Shown one piece after another: positions 62,910 to 64,000 of a stretch of DNA of 64,000 nt. Position 1 is the first letter of the stretch. Each line of letters starts with the position of its first letter. A program made the translations under genes and the position numbers. Origin of the DNA: Phoronis australis (Eukaryota; Animalia; Phoronida); contig NMRA01000002.1 in the NCBI GenBank assembly GCA_002633005.1, positions 1,212,077 through 1,276,076 of the forward strand. The letters are read 5' to 3'. Under the pieces are notes generated by a model that was not told the origin of the DNA, did not search any database, and saw only the letters and a list, made by a program, of their open reading frames with translations.

Positions 62910-64000
62910 GTAGGTTGGTTTTTAATGTAGCAAATGTTCTCAGTATGATGAATTGACAGGAATGACAAAGGAAATTGCCTGTTGTTCCTTGTTTGTCATA
63001 GGATTAACGCAGATGTATTATGAGCTAATTGCATCTCACTACATTAAAATTGTCGATATAAGAACATGTGACATGGATTTAGCCTATTGAGTAGTCGGGG
63101 TTGACACTAGAGCCTCACAAAATCTGATTTCTTTTCGAATTTATTGAGTCCCCATGTTCATCCTGTCTGAAAATTCTTATAACAACAAAAATGCAAAAAC
63201 AACGTGAAAGAAACAAGAGGACATTGTGATATTCATGTCGTGTCAATTAGAGTAAATGAACAAATTATAAATGAACAAATATTTGTTTATCTTGTCGCAT
63301 CAGTCGAAAGGCTGGTTGGTAAAATCACTGAAAAATCTATGTTCAAGCTCATCATCCTTCCATGTTTTGTTTATCAAAACACAGTAATTTGAAATATATT
63401 TTCTAAATTATCAGGCATATAACATAATAACTCGACAGGCTTGCCAAATGACTAATATGAACCTTGTGAATTATCGTCTTGTCACTATGTGTTGATTGGT
63501 GAAGTCTTGTGTGATTGGGTTGACCAATTAAATCATCGGAATCTTCCTCTCAGTTGCATCAATCATCGGAACGGAAAAGTGTGCTTGTGAACTTGACTTA
63601 AAATTTCGGAGCTTATGAAGTTTTAAAACTCACAACAATAAGCAAGTTTTGACTTGGCTGAGGTTTGTTTTATCAGGGAATTAGATGTGTCCCTTAGAAC
63701 GCACCAGTTCACGGAAAATGGTGTCCTTTTCAATTTCATTGCATATTTCAGTGATGGGGACGTCGTTAACACCAACCCTGAGTAGTTCTTCTATTTCTGC
63801 ATACTGCACTAAAACAACAATGATTTTTCAAACCAACATTGTCATTTCTTACTTATTTTCAGCCCCATTTGCTCAAGAGCTAGAGTAACTAAAAAGATAA
63901 AATGAACTTCTTACTGCTTATTCCGTGCATAGATAAAATAATGTTGGACTTTATATGTGTATTTAGCCACATTTCTGAAAAACTAGATTTTAACTCCATA

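Overview
AT-rich, intron-containing animal genomic DNA (a lophotrochozoan/mollusc-like invertebrate is my inference). I assembled four spliced genes by hand, with GT-AG boundaries and consistent intron phases: (1) complete OGFOD3 (+, 1584-8249); (2) complete PSMD10/gankyrin (-, 10625-17219), convergent with OGFOD3; (3) a probable 3-exon, 526-aa atypical protein kinase (+, 18966-23706) whose first intron holds a decayed Kolobok DNA transposon (TTAA TSD, ~165-bp TIRs, THAP transposase and KolX-like remnants); (4) the 5' part of a very large ABCA-family transporter (+, from 31687, running out of the window). The most striking signal is in the ABCA gene. After the canonical N-terminus, the first extracellular domain consists of at least four tandem ~215-235-aa modules. 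Each has exactly one C-x24/27-C pair and the same intron-phase cycle (2-1-0-0-2), and the module resembles the helical tunnel/lid segment of ABCA1 ECD1. A second recurring pattern is tandem repeats nucleated at splice sites in three genes, including three extra copies of a gankyrin exon end plus donor, guarded by a stop codon. The rest is MITEs, SINE heads, a Penelope-like fragment and minisatellites. No database searches were run; homology statements come from recalled family motifs.
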